Below are positions 38,989 through 52,665 of a DNA stretch of 64,000 nucleotides, piece by piece. The notes under the pieces are model-generated. The model was not told the DNA's origin, did not search any database, and saw only the letters and a list, made by a program, of their open reading frames with translations. Made by a program: the position numbers and the translations under genes. The stretch is from Amoeboaphelidium protococcarum X5 (taxonomy: Eukaryota; Fungi; Aphelidiomycota): contig JALDTO010000098.1 of NCBI GenBank assembly GCA_023515725.1, positions 522,164-586,163 on the forward strand, written 5' to 3'. Each line of letters starts with the position of its first letter. The stretch's first letter is position 1.

Positions 38989-39538
38989 TTATGATTTTGG
39001 ACTTGGTGTACGTACAGTCAAAAGGATATATTACTATGTGGATGATTTAAAATACAATCTATCTATCTCATCATATCATGTCATATCATTGTGGATTTAT
39101 AGCCTTCTTTTATAAGCTTTAATTCTTCATCATTCCAAATATTTTATTAATCAGGGTGATGCTTATATAATTTCTACAATTAATGAGTGTACTCCTTCAT
39201 CTAGTCGTCGTATAGGGTATAGACACACATCACGCATCCATCTCCACAACAATCATCAGCATCGGGCTCAATAGGCTTTACCGGTTTCCTCACTGAAGAC
39301 TATAATTATTACTATACTATTTATGATGATGAATACTTTGCACATATTTGTAGCCGTGATAAGGTCCAAGTTGTACGGCATAATCTGCTCCAACCAAGCG
39401 GCTTTAATAAACGCATTCGCCGATATTGAAGAAATTTTAAAAGGAAAAACGATCTGTGAAGAGATTCAATCCAAGATCAAGTCACAATGTTACAATAGTT
39501 GGAGTCTATAATAATTGATGTACAAATACTCATTCTAT

Positions 39539-41773
39539 TCATCCAATGTAGTGTGATGCTTCTAATAATTGTCCTTTGTGGCGCCTGTAATCTAGCCAGA
39601 CAATGACAATACTGAATAGGGAGGCCAGGAACGCTTCACTGGCGAAAAAAGATTCCACGTAGACAAATTCTTCCGGTGTGGTGATGGTTCCTTTATCCAC
39701 AATCTGCGGACTTGCTATAGGTCGGCTATTCAGTTGTATTACAGCAGCTATAATTGGCACTATAGCAAGAGATAAATTCATCGCTGATGTTGCCACACCA
39801 TACGCAATCGCCAATTTCTCTGAGGATTCTGATTCGGGTTCGTCCACTGTCTCTACTTATCTGTCCACCACCAAGTCAGATCGGACGCGTCTTCTTCTAT
39901 TCTATGACAAGAATGGCGTGTTGGCTGACTTAAACATTGGGTGCTCTGTGTTGTAAAAGTCATCAGATTGTTCATCAGATTGTTCATTGACATAACCTTC
40001 AGATCTATTAGCAGGAGAATCTTTCTGATTGTCATAAATTATACCCAGGCCATCTATCCGACCGCTTTATGACTCCGTATACTTGCCAATTCTCTTTTAA
40101 TCAACAGAAAATGCACGCGATGCTGCAAGTAGAGGGAGCGAAGTGGTGCTTACTCGCTAATCAACAAGCACTTACTGCAAGGTGGGAGATCTAGGTAGCT
40201 GCTGACTCTTTGACTAATATCCCATAGTATTGTATCGTTTCAAGTGATTAATATGCACCTATCTAGTCAGAGGTGAAGCAGTGGAACTGGATGCCGCGAT
40301 AGTGAACGCATTTTGACTAACGAGCGGACTTGATTCTTCATTTACATCAGCATGAGAGTGGTATTATTAATATTTCCCATTTAGGAATTAATCATCAGAG
40401 ATATGCAATTATTATTGAGCAACTTCCGACGGCCCACTAAACAGGCACGCAATAGAACTCCAGTAAGCGACTCCAAAGAAACTATAAGATAATCCGAGAA
40501 CAACCAGCGGAAGAATAGGAATTACAGTGAATTATGATATCTTGCCCTCACTGTCAGTCGGATCTGTAAATCCCATGATCAAATGCACAGTCCCCATGAG
40601 GAAACAACAGAGAAACATTACAGATCCTCTACGTCCATACCGGTCTATAATATATCCACTCACAGGGACCAGCACTGCACAAATAGTATCCGCTATAGCC
40701 ATGAAGGATCCTGCCACACTTAGCCTATTTTCATAAGAAAGCGGAACAAACTTGGTCAACATCAAATCAATAATCACATTATTAAAAGGCACTATAGTTC
40801 CATAGATACAAAATACAATTAAGCACATTAGCCAAAATTCTACTGGGAACTAATAAATGATTTAAAATACAGAATACTTCTTTTGTCTGACTAAAGATGC
40901 ATCCTCTGGCATAACCTCGCCATCACTTTCTTCATCCATGTCCACAATAGACTAATATCCATTCAATAACTAAGTCTCTTCATCAAGTACATCTTCTTAT
41001 GATTTCAATACAGGTGCACTCTGAACAGAATTAGTCTTTTTGGATTGAGGATAAATTCCAATCGCAAAAATCAAAATGAGACCAGCCATTGAACTGACAA
41101 GACACATAACAACACCAGCTCCAAGTGCGTATAGAACACCTTCCTGACGATTACCAGTAATTTGATTAAAATATGAGCAAATCAATGGACTCAAAGTTGC
41201 ATTTAGTACACTTCCAATTCGCGGCACAGCTAAACTAAATCCCATAGCCATACCGAGTTCCTTGTCAGCAAACCATAAAGCATTTACAAACGACTACATT
41301 ACGCCAATACTCTCTCCACCGACGCCAAACACAAATCTTCCGACAAGCATCAAGGGAATGGACAGTTTCCACACACCAAATAGATACAGTAGATGACCGA
41401 GTACGGTGAGACTAGACAGAGTGAGTAATATCGCAGCTGGAGCTTTAGTAATCTATATGAGTAATCCAGTGATGGAGGGTAGAATCAAGTTGGGAAACGA
41501 GTAAACAGAATAGGTGAGAGAGAATATAGTCTCATACGACGGCGAACGATTACCATTTTAACCAGTGAGAGGCTTCAAATACTGTCGCAGTTATGGAGAA
41601 AGGGCAGATGGGTTGTCATACGCATAATAATTACCAAGCAGTAGAGTACAATTTAGTATCAACACAATCCATCTGAGATGCGACCGAGATTCCCCCTCTT
41701 CTTGACTTTACTACCCGTTCCTCAGACTTTTCATTTTATCGCTGTCATCCTTCAGCCTCTCACTATCATCCAT
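39539..41773 (-). CDS. MFS transporter, MFSD1-like, with a long low-complexity loop
   Basis: LLGNYYAYDNPSAL, YSVYSFPNL, GRFVFGVGGES, WFADKELGMAMG, IIDRYGRRG; 744 aa. Confidence 0.85.
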
Positions 41774-42122
41774 TTAATATTAAATTCAATTTCAACTCTA
41801 AGATAAATAGTGGATGAATATACAATGAGATTTAAAGAAATGCTTTCAAGAATTCAACAGACCAAGAAGTAGGAAAGAAGTGCTACGAAACAACAATTGA
41901 TTGATCTAGTTGATGATGATTATGAAGAAGGAAATCTCTCAATCTCTCAATCAATCAATCTCAACAGGTCGGCCCGATCTCCAATGACGGCAAAGCACCA
42001 AAAAAAGAGACAACGCGCCTTTTAAGAACGCGAAACAGAAAGTCGTGTTGTTTCAGCTTTGGATAAGAGCAGTGTTGTACCAGAATACTGGAAAGCAGTT
42101 ATATTGCAGTTGAGTAAAAACT

Positions 42123-43154
42123 ATGACTGTGAAGAACGCTGTGTAAGACTATCAGAGTTGTAAAGTCTAGTACATTGATGTTCCGCTCTCTATCAATGTC
42201 GGCAAGATATTGAACACTCCCATAAAGTAGCAAGACTACTGCAGAGAATCTGATCCTGAAGAAGTAGTTGATGAGTATTATGAGTAGAAGTTGGCCATAA
42301 CAAAGAAATGGCTTGTTGATTAATTTCGGAATAACACTCAAGTGATAATAATGACTAATAGCAGAGAGTGCTGCCATAAGGTAAGATAGAGCGTATTACG
42401 ATTCAAGAATGTGAATGTCGTGTCATATTACGATATCAGTCATGCAACCTAAAGTGGACATCTACTTCCGAATAGTACCATTCCCCTTCAAGTTGAAAAA
42501 GTTGATGGAGATTCATACTCTAAAGACCAAGGAAATAATGCAAATTAGTCTGGTCCATAAAAATGCATAGTAATTCATTTCTCTCTACCACACAATTACT
42601 CTGAATCTCTGGAAAGTCAGATATCTGCTAGAAGGCGGTAGTTTTGGGATTTGGATGTCAACATTGTTCAATTCTTACGCCGTCTATCTTTTATCACTGG
42701 GAATGGATATTCAGTATAATCATAGATATTCTTGGTACCAGATGCTTCTAGAAAATATTTTGATGATGTCGTGAAAGTGAATCTGTTCTTACGCGTTGGA
42801 TCTCTTCATATTGATGATGATGATGATGATGATGACAGTGGCGATGAACGTGCCTAAGCTGTTTAAAACAATTTCAAGAAATTCAACATTGAAGATATTC
42901 GAAGTAACAAGACTCAGCTGAGAACGAAATTACAATTGGAACGGATTGGATTCGCAGACTTGGACTCCCAGCTGATCAATAGTTTCCACTTTAAAGTGTA
43001 GCAGTTGCAACTCTCATCGAAAAAGTCGGCGTCGGGCGAGAAACAGAAGATTCAGGCAAAGACAATGATGATGAATGTTCAACTGCGTCAGGACAATCTA
43101 GATGAAAATCGAAATGAATAACAAGGAGGAGAGGAAGACAATCCGTTCGCATGA
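42123..43154 (+). CDS. Hypothetical protein, possibly a degenerate DEAD-box RecA2-only domain
   Basis: 343 aa open ATG-TGA with TAR=Gln; acidic D8 tract; weak resemblance to helicase motifs IV-VI. Confidence 0.55.
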
Positions 43155-43420
43155 AATTGTCTTTAAGAATCGCCACAGAAAGAATTTAATGATCTTGGAA
43201 TGAACAAACTTAGTTGCGTGATAACATCGTTCTCTCTCTATGCGCTGTCTTTACACTCCTTAGGCAGGCGCGTTTATGTGGCGCGAGATACATGTGCCGT
43301 TCCCTGTTTCGCTTCTTTTTGTTTCGCTGTTCGTTGCTTTTTATCATTTTAACTTTCACTGTGCTGTAGTATTGTTACGCAACTTGAGTGGTGGTGAATA
43401 CCATAAAAGTTTTATTTAAT

Positions 43421-44992
43421 ATGCGGCATATGATTTTGGATGTACATAATGATTTAACTTAATAGGGTGAACAGTATACTTTAACCATAGACATTAATAC
43501 CGATGTTATAGACATTAGATTGAGTAATGAGGTTGAGATTATGGTGCCAGATGCTCCTTTGTCATCAGATTAGCATTAACAATAATTATTATAATCCACT
43601 CAGATATAAAGTAAAAGTTTGTCTAGTACGCAGCAGCCATAATCTGCTGTTTTGCTTGGATTAAAGTTGAGTTAGAGTAAATTCATGATGCTGAAGTAGG
43701 ATTAAAACTTGCTGATCACATTTCAAGAGTTTCCATATCGAGTGGCGGAGCTGTTTGGTAATCCTGGCTTCTCGATTCACCTAACTGCTGATGCTGCAGC
43801 TCCATCTCTTTAGATTGTAGAAAGCAATGGTTTCCGGAATATTATCCATCTTAGTCTGTAGTTGCAGCATGCCTCTATGTAAGAGATGATTGACTATCTC
43901 AATGGTCTCATGGCCACATACAAATGTAAAGTTATTAGTCTTCTGGATCAAGTTAAAGCTATGATGAGTACTGCGAACGATAATAAGGTATAAATGAGCA
44001 AGATACAGAATGAATTGGATCAGTATACGAATAATGTCCTGGGCAAAGAGCAGGAGCTGTATAGAAAGTATAATGAAATGATTGAGAAGATGCGCAGAGA
44101 CTACGAGCTTGAGAAGTCTTCACTCGTGAAGAATCATCAGAATGCCATGGATACTTTAAAGGAGGATACTGGCAGACAGATTGAGAGGCTCAACTTTGAG
44201 TTGAATGAATTGAACTAGCGTCATGAGAGTGCCGAGTAAGATCGAAAGAACGATCTGCATCTGATAAAGTAAAAGTATTCCGAGCTTAATCTGGAGCACT
44301 CTTCACTCAGGTCCAAGTATAAGAGTGTGGTCAATGAGAATGAATATCTGCAGTCGACACTCAAGTCGTTTGAAAAGGATTTCACGTAAAAAGATACTCT
44401 TAATATGAAGGTACAAGACGACAATTATAAGCTGAAGAACAACTTGGATATTATGAAGGGAGAAGTCACGAAAGCTAATGATATAATCAGCAAGATGAGC
44501 AGTGAGATAAAGTAGCTGAAATCTAAATTGAAGACCAAGAACTTGGTGGCTGTAGAGTAGGAGAAGGTTGTCGTGGCAAAGGAGGATCAGTTGATGTAAT
44601 TGAATGAGAAGTTTATTGAAATGTAGAAGGAGATTGACACATAGAAGGCCGAGTTGTATCGAATTAGGCAAGAGAATACTGATTTCGATCGCCAGTTGGC
44701 GTTGAAATAGAAGCTGATTGAGGAGAATAACCAAGTCATTGAGTACCTGCACAAGTAGCTGAATGAGCGTGGATAATAATCGCTTGGAAACGCCAATAAT
44801 GTTGCTGCGCCTTCTTCATTTAACAAGATGCCTTAAAGTGTCAGTTCGCAATCTCTCTAGAATAAGGATGAAAATGCTCGTGATGGTAGCAATCTTCCCA
44901 GTAGGCCCATGGCCAAGTTTAATTCGAATTTACCTGGTTCTGGTGCACCATCTATTGGTAATCTTGGTAGAAGGAGTAACTACTTTAAATGA
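43421..44992 (+). CDS. SAS6: Centriole cartwheel protein SAS-6
   Basis: Head-domain motif FMMLKQDQNLLITFQEFP...LQIVESNGFRNIIHLSL, long coiled coil, C-terminal SNYF. Confidence 0.85.
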
Positions 44993-45184
44993 ATTTTTGT
45001 GCATAAGCAGTTTTCGAAATCTATGACAATAATCAATATATTAAATGCGTACTGTGATTTGAAGAGATATCACTTTCGTATACATGTCAAGACAAAATAA
45101 TAGCAAATTTACAAATGTATCCACTATATTCATACAACAGAGTTTACAGGGTACAGTCTAGTGAATTCATTATATCACTATGCA

Positions 45185-48100
45185 TCATGCCAAACTCTTG
45201 CGAGCAAAATCAATCTCCTTAAAAGCGTCTATAATCCAGTCGAGGACGGCCTTCATCACAGTCTCATAGGCGCGTGGAGTCAACTACATGCTATGATTAT
45301 CGTCACTAATGATCTGCACCCTGTAATTGTTGAATGATAGCATATCCGGAGTCATTCTGTCAGACGCTGGAGACGAGGTATTGCGCACATTGTACGACTG
45401 AATAGCTGACTGGAGTGTCATGGTATTCTGAACATCCACGTTGTCGTCCGCAGAGCCATGAATAGCCAGAAACTTGACATTATTAAAATTATCATTGATA
45501 TTAATACGGCTCTGGCTATAACCATCGAAATTCTTCTGAGTGTCCTTCATATATCTCTCAGTGTAGATGGAATCATAGTACTTCCAATTCGTAACTGGAG
45601 CCACAGCTACCGCAGCAGAGAAAACAGGATCAGCATACGGCTAATTCTGAATAACTTTCGTCGACATGAATCCTCCATATGACCAACCCCAGATAGCAAC
45701 TTTCTATTGATCAATCCAACTATTACTCTTAACAAAGTATTTAGTGGCAGCGATAACATCTTGAGACTCAATTGCACCCAACTTCCCAGTCACCACATCC
45801 CTGAAAGCTGATCCTCTGAATCCACTTCCACGAACATCAATCACCAACACAGCAACTGGTGGCTACTACTAGGCGAGTAAAGCCTTCTCCAATTTATTCA
45901 ACAGTTGCGTGTTATTACCTCCTGTGCTCAATTTCTAATTCAAAACTACGCGAGTTTCAGCATCAATAGTTCCATAGTGCCACTTACTAGCCAGATACTG
46001 ATTAAATCCGACACTCCATTTCTGGTCAACTTTCTAGCTGTTAGGACCCCAATATCCGGTTACAAGCAACGGAAACTTTATTGATGAGTTCAATGACTAT
46101 TCATATCCAAGAGGATAATACAATTTAGCGTTCAACTCAATCTTGGTTCCATTCTTAGAGGAGGACATTACCGGGACTTTAATCAGCTTTGCAGCAGGTA
46201 GAGATAAGCGACTGAGCTGATTACTCTTAGCTTAATACGATTCAATCAAAGACTTTGTGATTAGATCCAACACTGATTACTTTGGCTAGCCAGGACCTTT
46301 ATAATTCAAAATGACAAACCTTCCACCAGGAGATACCGACGCGTCATTCCACGATGGTTGATCCTAGCCGATAAGTCTTGCGATCTTTGGATCACCAGAT
46401 ACATTAAGTGTATTCAAGAAAGTGTCTTTAACTAAAGAGAACTATGATGAGTAAATGTATCGCTCAGTAGCTTCTCCATTCTTGTTGTTGGTTCCTTAGA
46501 AGAAAACATTAATAGTGCCATTCTGCATCTTATGACCAAGCACTTTACTTGTAACCTCCCACGGCCCTTGACTCAAAAACTACGCTTAGTCAGTAGGCAC
46601 CGACTGATTCTAATTGAACAGTTATAGATGCACATAAGAAGACTATGACTACTGGTGAGGATTCAAAGTCTATTTCACATACAACGGTGTCTGGGGAATG
46701 AAGTACAGACCAGGGTCAGTCTCAAACCATCCCGTACTCTTTGAAGCGCTAGAAATTACAGATCCAGACCATGAACTAGAACTAGAACTACTAACAGCGA
46801 AGGAATGAAACTTGAGCCACTCCTCATCGTTCTAATACCTATCTGTCAATCTAACAAACAACTCTGGTACTTTCTAATGGACAGGATCAGTGACGGACCA
46901 TTAAACTGAATAAACAATTTTATCCAGATCATTAATCTTGGACACTTCATTGTAATCTACGCAGAACAAATAACCTGAACTCTCATCCACCGAAGTGGTA
47001 TCAAATTGAAATAAATTCAAAGTGACTTTAGGATTCTTATTGGCATGACGTCCAGGCTTGGGATACTTTATACTTTCCAGATAGGAGTACTGTGATTCCG
47101 CGGCATAATGATCAGTCCCCGTCTTTGGAATACCATACATGAAATGCAGCATAGTATTCGTCTTGACGTTGGTGTCATCAAACTTTAAGAATGCCAACGT
47201 CATGTTTCTTCCGCCATTTCCAGTAGAATCTGATGATCCAATATAAGATTGAGGGGCGAACCAAAAAGCATCTGGTGTTGTGAAAACTTCTTCCTCATAC
47301 ACCCAGTCAGCAATACCGTTATAGATTACAGGCTCAGAACTGTCCTTAGACGAACCATAAGATCCATCATCAGTAACCCGCCAGTAACCATCTCGTCTAT
47401 TCACATCAAAGTGGAAATTGATATCCAACACATAAATATCATTTCTAAATACAAAAGCCACAAAGTCTTTCCATAGAGATAGTTTAGCAGAAATCAAATG
47501 ATTATTGCGATTGTTGTCAGATAGTTCATACAGAGGAGGTAGAACTTCAGTAAGAGTCTCATCCTCCAATCGGAACAGCCAATACCTGGAATATTTTGAG
47601 CGTCTCCATCGAGCCATAGAATCCGTCAAGAACATCAGATATCTTCCAGAGGCACTAAGTTGTATAGATGATAAATCAATTCTCTCTGCAAGGAACGTTC
47701 CGAATATGGGATCGATCAGTTTACTAGCATTGACCAGCTTTGACTGACATAGATTAGGCGAGGTGGTATTATAAGCGCTAATGTGATTAACACAGACATT
47801 ACTCTCAGAATCTAAAATATAATAGGATCCATCAGAGTACTTTTAACGGAGCGCTGAATTCTGCTCGGTATCGTCACCTCCTATGACTAACCAATTATAA
47901 TCTGGCAGCTGACTAGCCAGATTGAACTACGAGTAAATAGCATCAGTGAATGATATTCTATTAGGATACTATTTCTTCAAGTAAGCCTCACTATAAGCGT
48001 TAATATCACCAGTGACATCCCCATCCTAATTCCCAGATTAATCACTAGGAGTGTCAGCAGGATGTTGTCTATTCTGAGAGGCTAGAACGCCAATGAGAAT

Positions 48101-48346
48101 AAGAGCAAATATAACAAGCACTATTGAACCAACAACTCTAACTGGGAAATTCATAATCTTTTTCGATGTCATGTAAGTATTAATTTTATCTACAAAACTG
48201 CGCTTCCTGTTGTATCTACCTTCTACACCGCCACCATCTTGAGTGATATAGTCAAAATCTTCCTGCATCTCCAAGTCACTCAGGGGAGACATGACTGGTC
48301 CAGATTGTACTTTATCCAGCGGAATAGAAGAATAACCTGGAGTCAT
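45185..48346 (-). CDS. Dipeptidyl aminopeptidase (DPP-IV / S9B, Ste13/Dap2-like), type II membrane protein
   Basis: N-terminal TM; NGIADWVYEEE; YPKPG; GWSYGG nucleophile; IHGSADDNV; DDNHSM; 1053 aa. Confidence 0.92.
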
Positions 48347-48703
48347 AATTATTATTATTATTATCCACGTATGCACAATCAGTGAAATTCTTAACGGTAA
48401 TGACAAAAATGGCGAGATAGACGACTGACAGAGAAAGAAGAGAGAGAAAAAGAGAGGATTCTATCACCTCCAGTGAGCGGCGAGAGAAAGCGATCCAACG
48501 ACGAAGACAACGCGGTAAATTGGGAAAATCATTCAAATCGGAACTTAATGCACCATCATGTTTCAAGTGCGATCTCTCTGCCCATATCATCATCATCTTA
48601 TAAGGGAGGCTTTAGGTGATTGAATAACTAGTTTCGGTGGTGCTTGCTTCTGTGCTGCTTGATGGCCTATCTTGGTGTCTTTTGACAGAAGGTATCGTTA
48701 AAT

Positions 48704-48730
48704 AGAGAGAGAGAGAGAGAGAGAGAGAGA
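48704..48730. repeat. (AG)13 microsatellite
   Basis: Direct read of the AG tract in intergenic DNA. Confidence 0.9.
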
Positions 48731-48949
48731 CAAGTTCTTGATACGATTCTTACGTGTCATTGGCGTGGCAGTGTTAATATATGAGTCACTGCTGTTATAA
48801 ATAGCGCGCACTGGTATCATAATTCTCTTCTTATCAGAATACGGCACTCTATGAGTGAACATAATAATATTGCTTCTACATCTTATGAAGTGTCATGTAC
48901 ACTTTGACAACATAAGTCTTAGTAGCTGCTATAGTTGCGGTTGAAGGAC

Positions 48950-49432
48950 ATGTGCAGCGTTCTAGCGAGCCTTTTAGGAGGTGACTGGACAACTCTGAGG
49001 TCTGGTGTAGTTAAATATTAAAAGACCAACATATGCAATACTGCAGAGAATGACTGTTGGTTGATAACCTTGATCGAGCGCGTCGGTGATACCTTGGTGA
49101 GCATGACTAATAAGAAGTGTCGTATCCGCTCACCGCAATAAGTGTACTTTTCCCATCTCAATGATGCAGATTTGTCTCAGTAGGTGTCAGGATTGGCAAT
49201 GTTCTTAAAAGATGAGGCTTTAGAAGCGATACATCATTTGGAATCATTGCATAATTCTGACAATGTTTAAATGGACCTTCATCAGGTTTCTAGTACAACT
49301 AGTTAAACGGAAATGCCTGGAATAGTTGTTGCAGAGACTATTGAGAGTGGAATCAATGACAAGAGCGTCTCCGACAAAAGTGAGCCATCATTGGAAATGG
49401 CAGTTTTTCGCGGACTAGAATTAAAGCTGTGA
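48950..49432 (+). CDS. Hypothetical protein (possibly a disrupted gene starting at 48851)
   Basis: 160 codons open with TAR=Gln; the upstream in-frame ATG 48851 is separated by TGA at 48905; no recognisable motif. Confidence 0.3.
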
Positions 49433-49785
49433 TTTGCATCCTTTCACATAATAACTGCAGTTGGCAGTATGATGATTATCTATCGTGAAAATATTTGATA
49501 TGTATTAATTTGCGTTTTAATCGAGAATTCTTCTTGTTCCTCATCGCTGCTTAATTCTACCCAAAATCTCTCTCTTGAAGGAAAGCTGTAACCGCGCTAA
49601 CGATTGATACAAACGCGTAATTGGCAAAGAATGCTACAAACAACGCAAAATCGACCTAACCTTAGACGATCAAAGCTTTTCTTGAGACAATCAATCACGC
49701 ACCATAACGGGTAATCATTGCGAGAAAGAATTTCCATCATTCTAGTAGATTATCATTGCTCCAGCGATACAACATATATTTAAAA

Positions 49786-50238
49786 ATGGCAACTGATAAC
49801 AAGAAGACTTTGACTCCTAAGCAGAAAGCTTTGGCTGCACGTAAAGCAGCATTGAAGGGTGTACATGGATAGAAAGTGAAGAAGGTTCGCACCAGCACCA
49901 CCTTCCGTCGCCCAAAGACTTTGGAATTGCCTAGAGTGCCTAAATACCCACGTAGATCCGTGCCAAGAACACCTAGATTGGATCACTTCTCTGTGTTGAG
50001 ATCGCCATTGACCACTGAGGCTGCCATGGCTGAGATGGAGAATAACAACACGCTCACTTTCCTCGTTGATGTCCAGGCTAACAAGGCACAGATCAAAGAT
50101 GCCATCAAGAGAATGTACGATGTGGATGCTGTCAAGATCAACACTCTGATCCGTCCAGATGGTCAGAAGAAGGCTTTTGTGCGTCTCAGTGCTGATGTTG
50201 AGGCTCTGGATGTTGCTAACAAGATTGGTTTCATTTGA
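49786..50238 (+). CDS. RPL25: 60S ribosomal protein uL23 (L23a/L25)
   Basis: [54 protein letters not shown]. Confidence 0.97.
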
Positions 50239-50381
50239 GAGTGATTGTACATCTGAAGCTAATGAATAAACGCGTTCATATACTCAATTTTTATAATTCC
50301 GATTACTGTATTGTTATTTCAATCATACAACTACAATCAATTACATCGCGCCTTCTTATTCTAACAGAAGTAGATCAGTGT

Positions 50382-51432
50382 TCATCCGCTTCGGCCCTGA
50401 GAACTCTACTGGCTTCCTTGATGTTTTCTCTTCAAATCAAGCCTGGGTGACTAAGGTAGTTATACTATTTGAAATCTACTTGGCTTCCACAGATATTCCG
50501 CTTGAGTAAGTTAAGGCGATTCATCTTTTTTAATCAAGACTTTACTACTTTCAGGTATTGGAATCTTGTCGGTGATAGGTGGACTTGGATCACTCTCTTT
50601 AGAGGTTGGCAAATTCGCGTCCTAGTCAATACGCACTATGAGCTTATGACCCATCCATACGAAATTGTTGAATAGTTTATAACTTAAGCATGCTTCTAGC
50701 CAGTGAGAATAAGTGACAAAACCAGAAGCAGTAGAGTCAAGCGCAGGCCGTATGTCAGCTCGCACCACCTCTCCAGCTTCTCTCAATAAATCCTTCAGAT
50801 CTTACCAGCCCACGAAATGAGGTAACTACACAATGATTATGAATTCAGAGAATATACTTTACAACAAAAACTTACATTAAAGATTATGACTGAAAATGGA
50901 CGCTTATCTTATGGCAACACCGTCAGACGCGGCGGAATGTCAGTGACACTGAGCAGAGGCTCGGCGTTGAGTTTACACTGCAGTTCATCTAAACTTGTAT
51001 CCATAAGCACTTAAAGAGTACGACCATCTAGGTGCAGACCACTAAAGTATTGAATTGCATTCACAGCATCCTGCTAAGAATTCAACAACACTAAAGCATT
51101 AGGACCACCACTCTCACCTTGATCAAGTATATTTACGCGAACCACATTGCAGCGACTACGAAACAAGTCTTTCACCTATTACCAGGTAGAATTCTAGGGT
51201 AACTACACATAAGATACGGATTGAGAGTAGATGACACTATATATAACCTGATTGTAAAGTCTACCTCTGAAACGACAACTTGCCGACCACGCAGACTGTT
51301 TCTGTTTCTAATCGTTCTCTGCCTCCCCTGCAGGAACTGGTCAATTTCAACTTAGAGTTGGTACAACGCGGCCTGATCTACCTAAGGCCATTGACTCTCT
51401 AAAGCAGTCTATTTACTATTGGCACTGAGCAT
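50382..51432 (-). CDS. Two-RRM RNA-binding protein (Gbp2/Hrb1/hnRNP-M-like); introns 51203-51264, 50826-50875
   Basis: VVVSE|LPQNSTWQQVKDLF and IIFN|LPHFVGWQDLKDLLREAGEVVRADI (xWQDLKD-type RRMs). Confidence 0.78.
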
Positions 51433-51699
51433 TGTCAAAAGTTCTACCAGTAATTTATATCTTTATATAAGTGGGGGATAAATTCATGTGGCAAGTCGAA
51501 GAATTTGTTGAAACGCGTTTCACTGCCGCCCGTCACCACAATTTCCTTTTTGGGAAGGTGATTTATTAAGAGCTTTCTACCAAGTGTAATCCCCACAGAA
51601 TCATGTGACGTATGTAAGACAAATGGCATCTTACTAAAATACAATACAACGGAAAATTCATATACAGCAAAAACGGTATTTTATTACTCATATAGAAAC

Positions 51700-52665
51700 T
51701 CAGAATGCAGCAGTGTCAACCATGGTTCCCAAAACTTCAGTAATGTTTCGGGATAGGACAGAATCGACAACATCGCTCAAATGACGCTTTGGATTCTTTT
51801 TACCGACATGTCTGTGCTTCAGCTCTTCTTTAGTCAGCTCAACCTCTTCTTTAATGCTCTTGGCATAAGATTACGCAAGTTTAGTGATCTCCTTCACATA
51901 GACAATATTTTGAGTTTACACCTTCACCGGATCATCCAATCTCAACCCAGCAGACCACTCCTTCTAACCAATGCCCATCAACATGGCTTCGTCGCGGTTC
52001 TTTCCATTAGCAGTACTACCAGCGGTACCTCTAAACTAAATAGGCAGCGAGTAGTAGTGTCTGTTCAGACCATGAATCAAAGCTTAAACTGATGGCTTCT
52101 ACAAATGACCAACGTTGGAGGTGCTCTGACGAGGTTCTTGGCCGAGCATCAGCGTCTGCGGTGGAATCAAGCGGAAACCATCAATTACTACTTTACCGCG
52201 CACAGACTGGATTGGATCGATAACCACAGCGACAACTCTATCGCCCAGCTACTGGAAGGATTGCTGAGTATTGATATCCACAGAACTCAGCCAACAGCCA
52301 AATCCCGGGTGAGAGTGATACCATCCAACTACAGACTCGGTTCTACCAACCTGCTACAGTAAATCCGTCATCTTGACTTGGTAAACTTCATCCACCGATT
52401 CAACACTAACTGTAGTACCACTCTGAGGCATGGAGAACACATCCACCACCTTGATTGTGAATTCATCAATATACTCACCCAGCATAAGGCCCATAACCTC
52501 CATAGGTACACCGGCTCTACTGTGCTTCAACATCTTCAACAGAGACAATGGGGAGATGAGAATCGTCTCTGAGGTATGAGGCAACTTATCATCATCCCTG
52601 CTTCCACCTCCCTAACTATCCTGGCCCATGCCACCAGCTCTAAGTAATTATTGAAGTTAATCCAT
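51700..52665 (-). CDS. RPN11: 26S proteasome deubiquitinase Rpn11/PSMD14
   Basis: [41 protein letters not shown] motif, GLNRHYYS. Confidence 0.96.
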
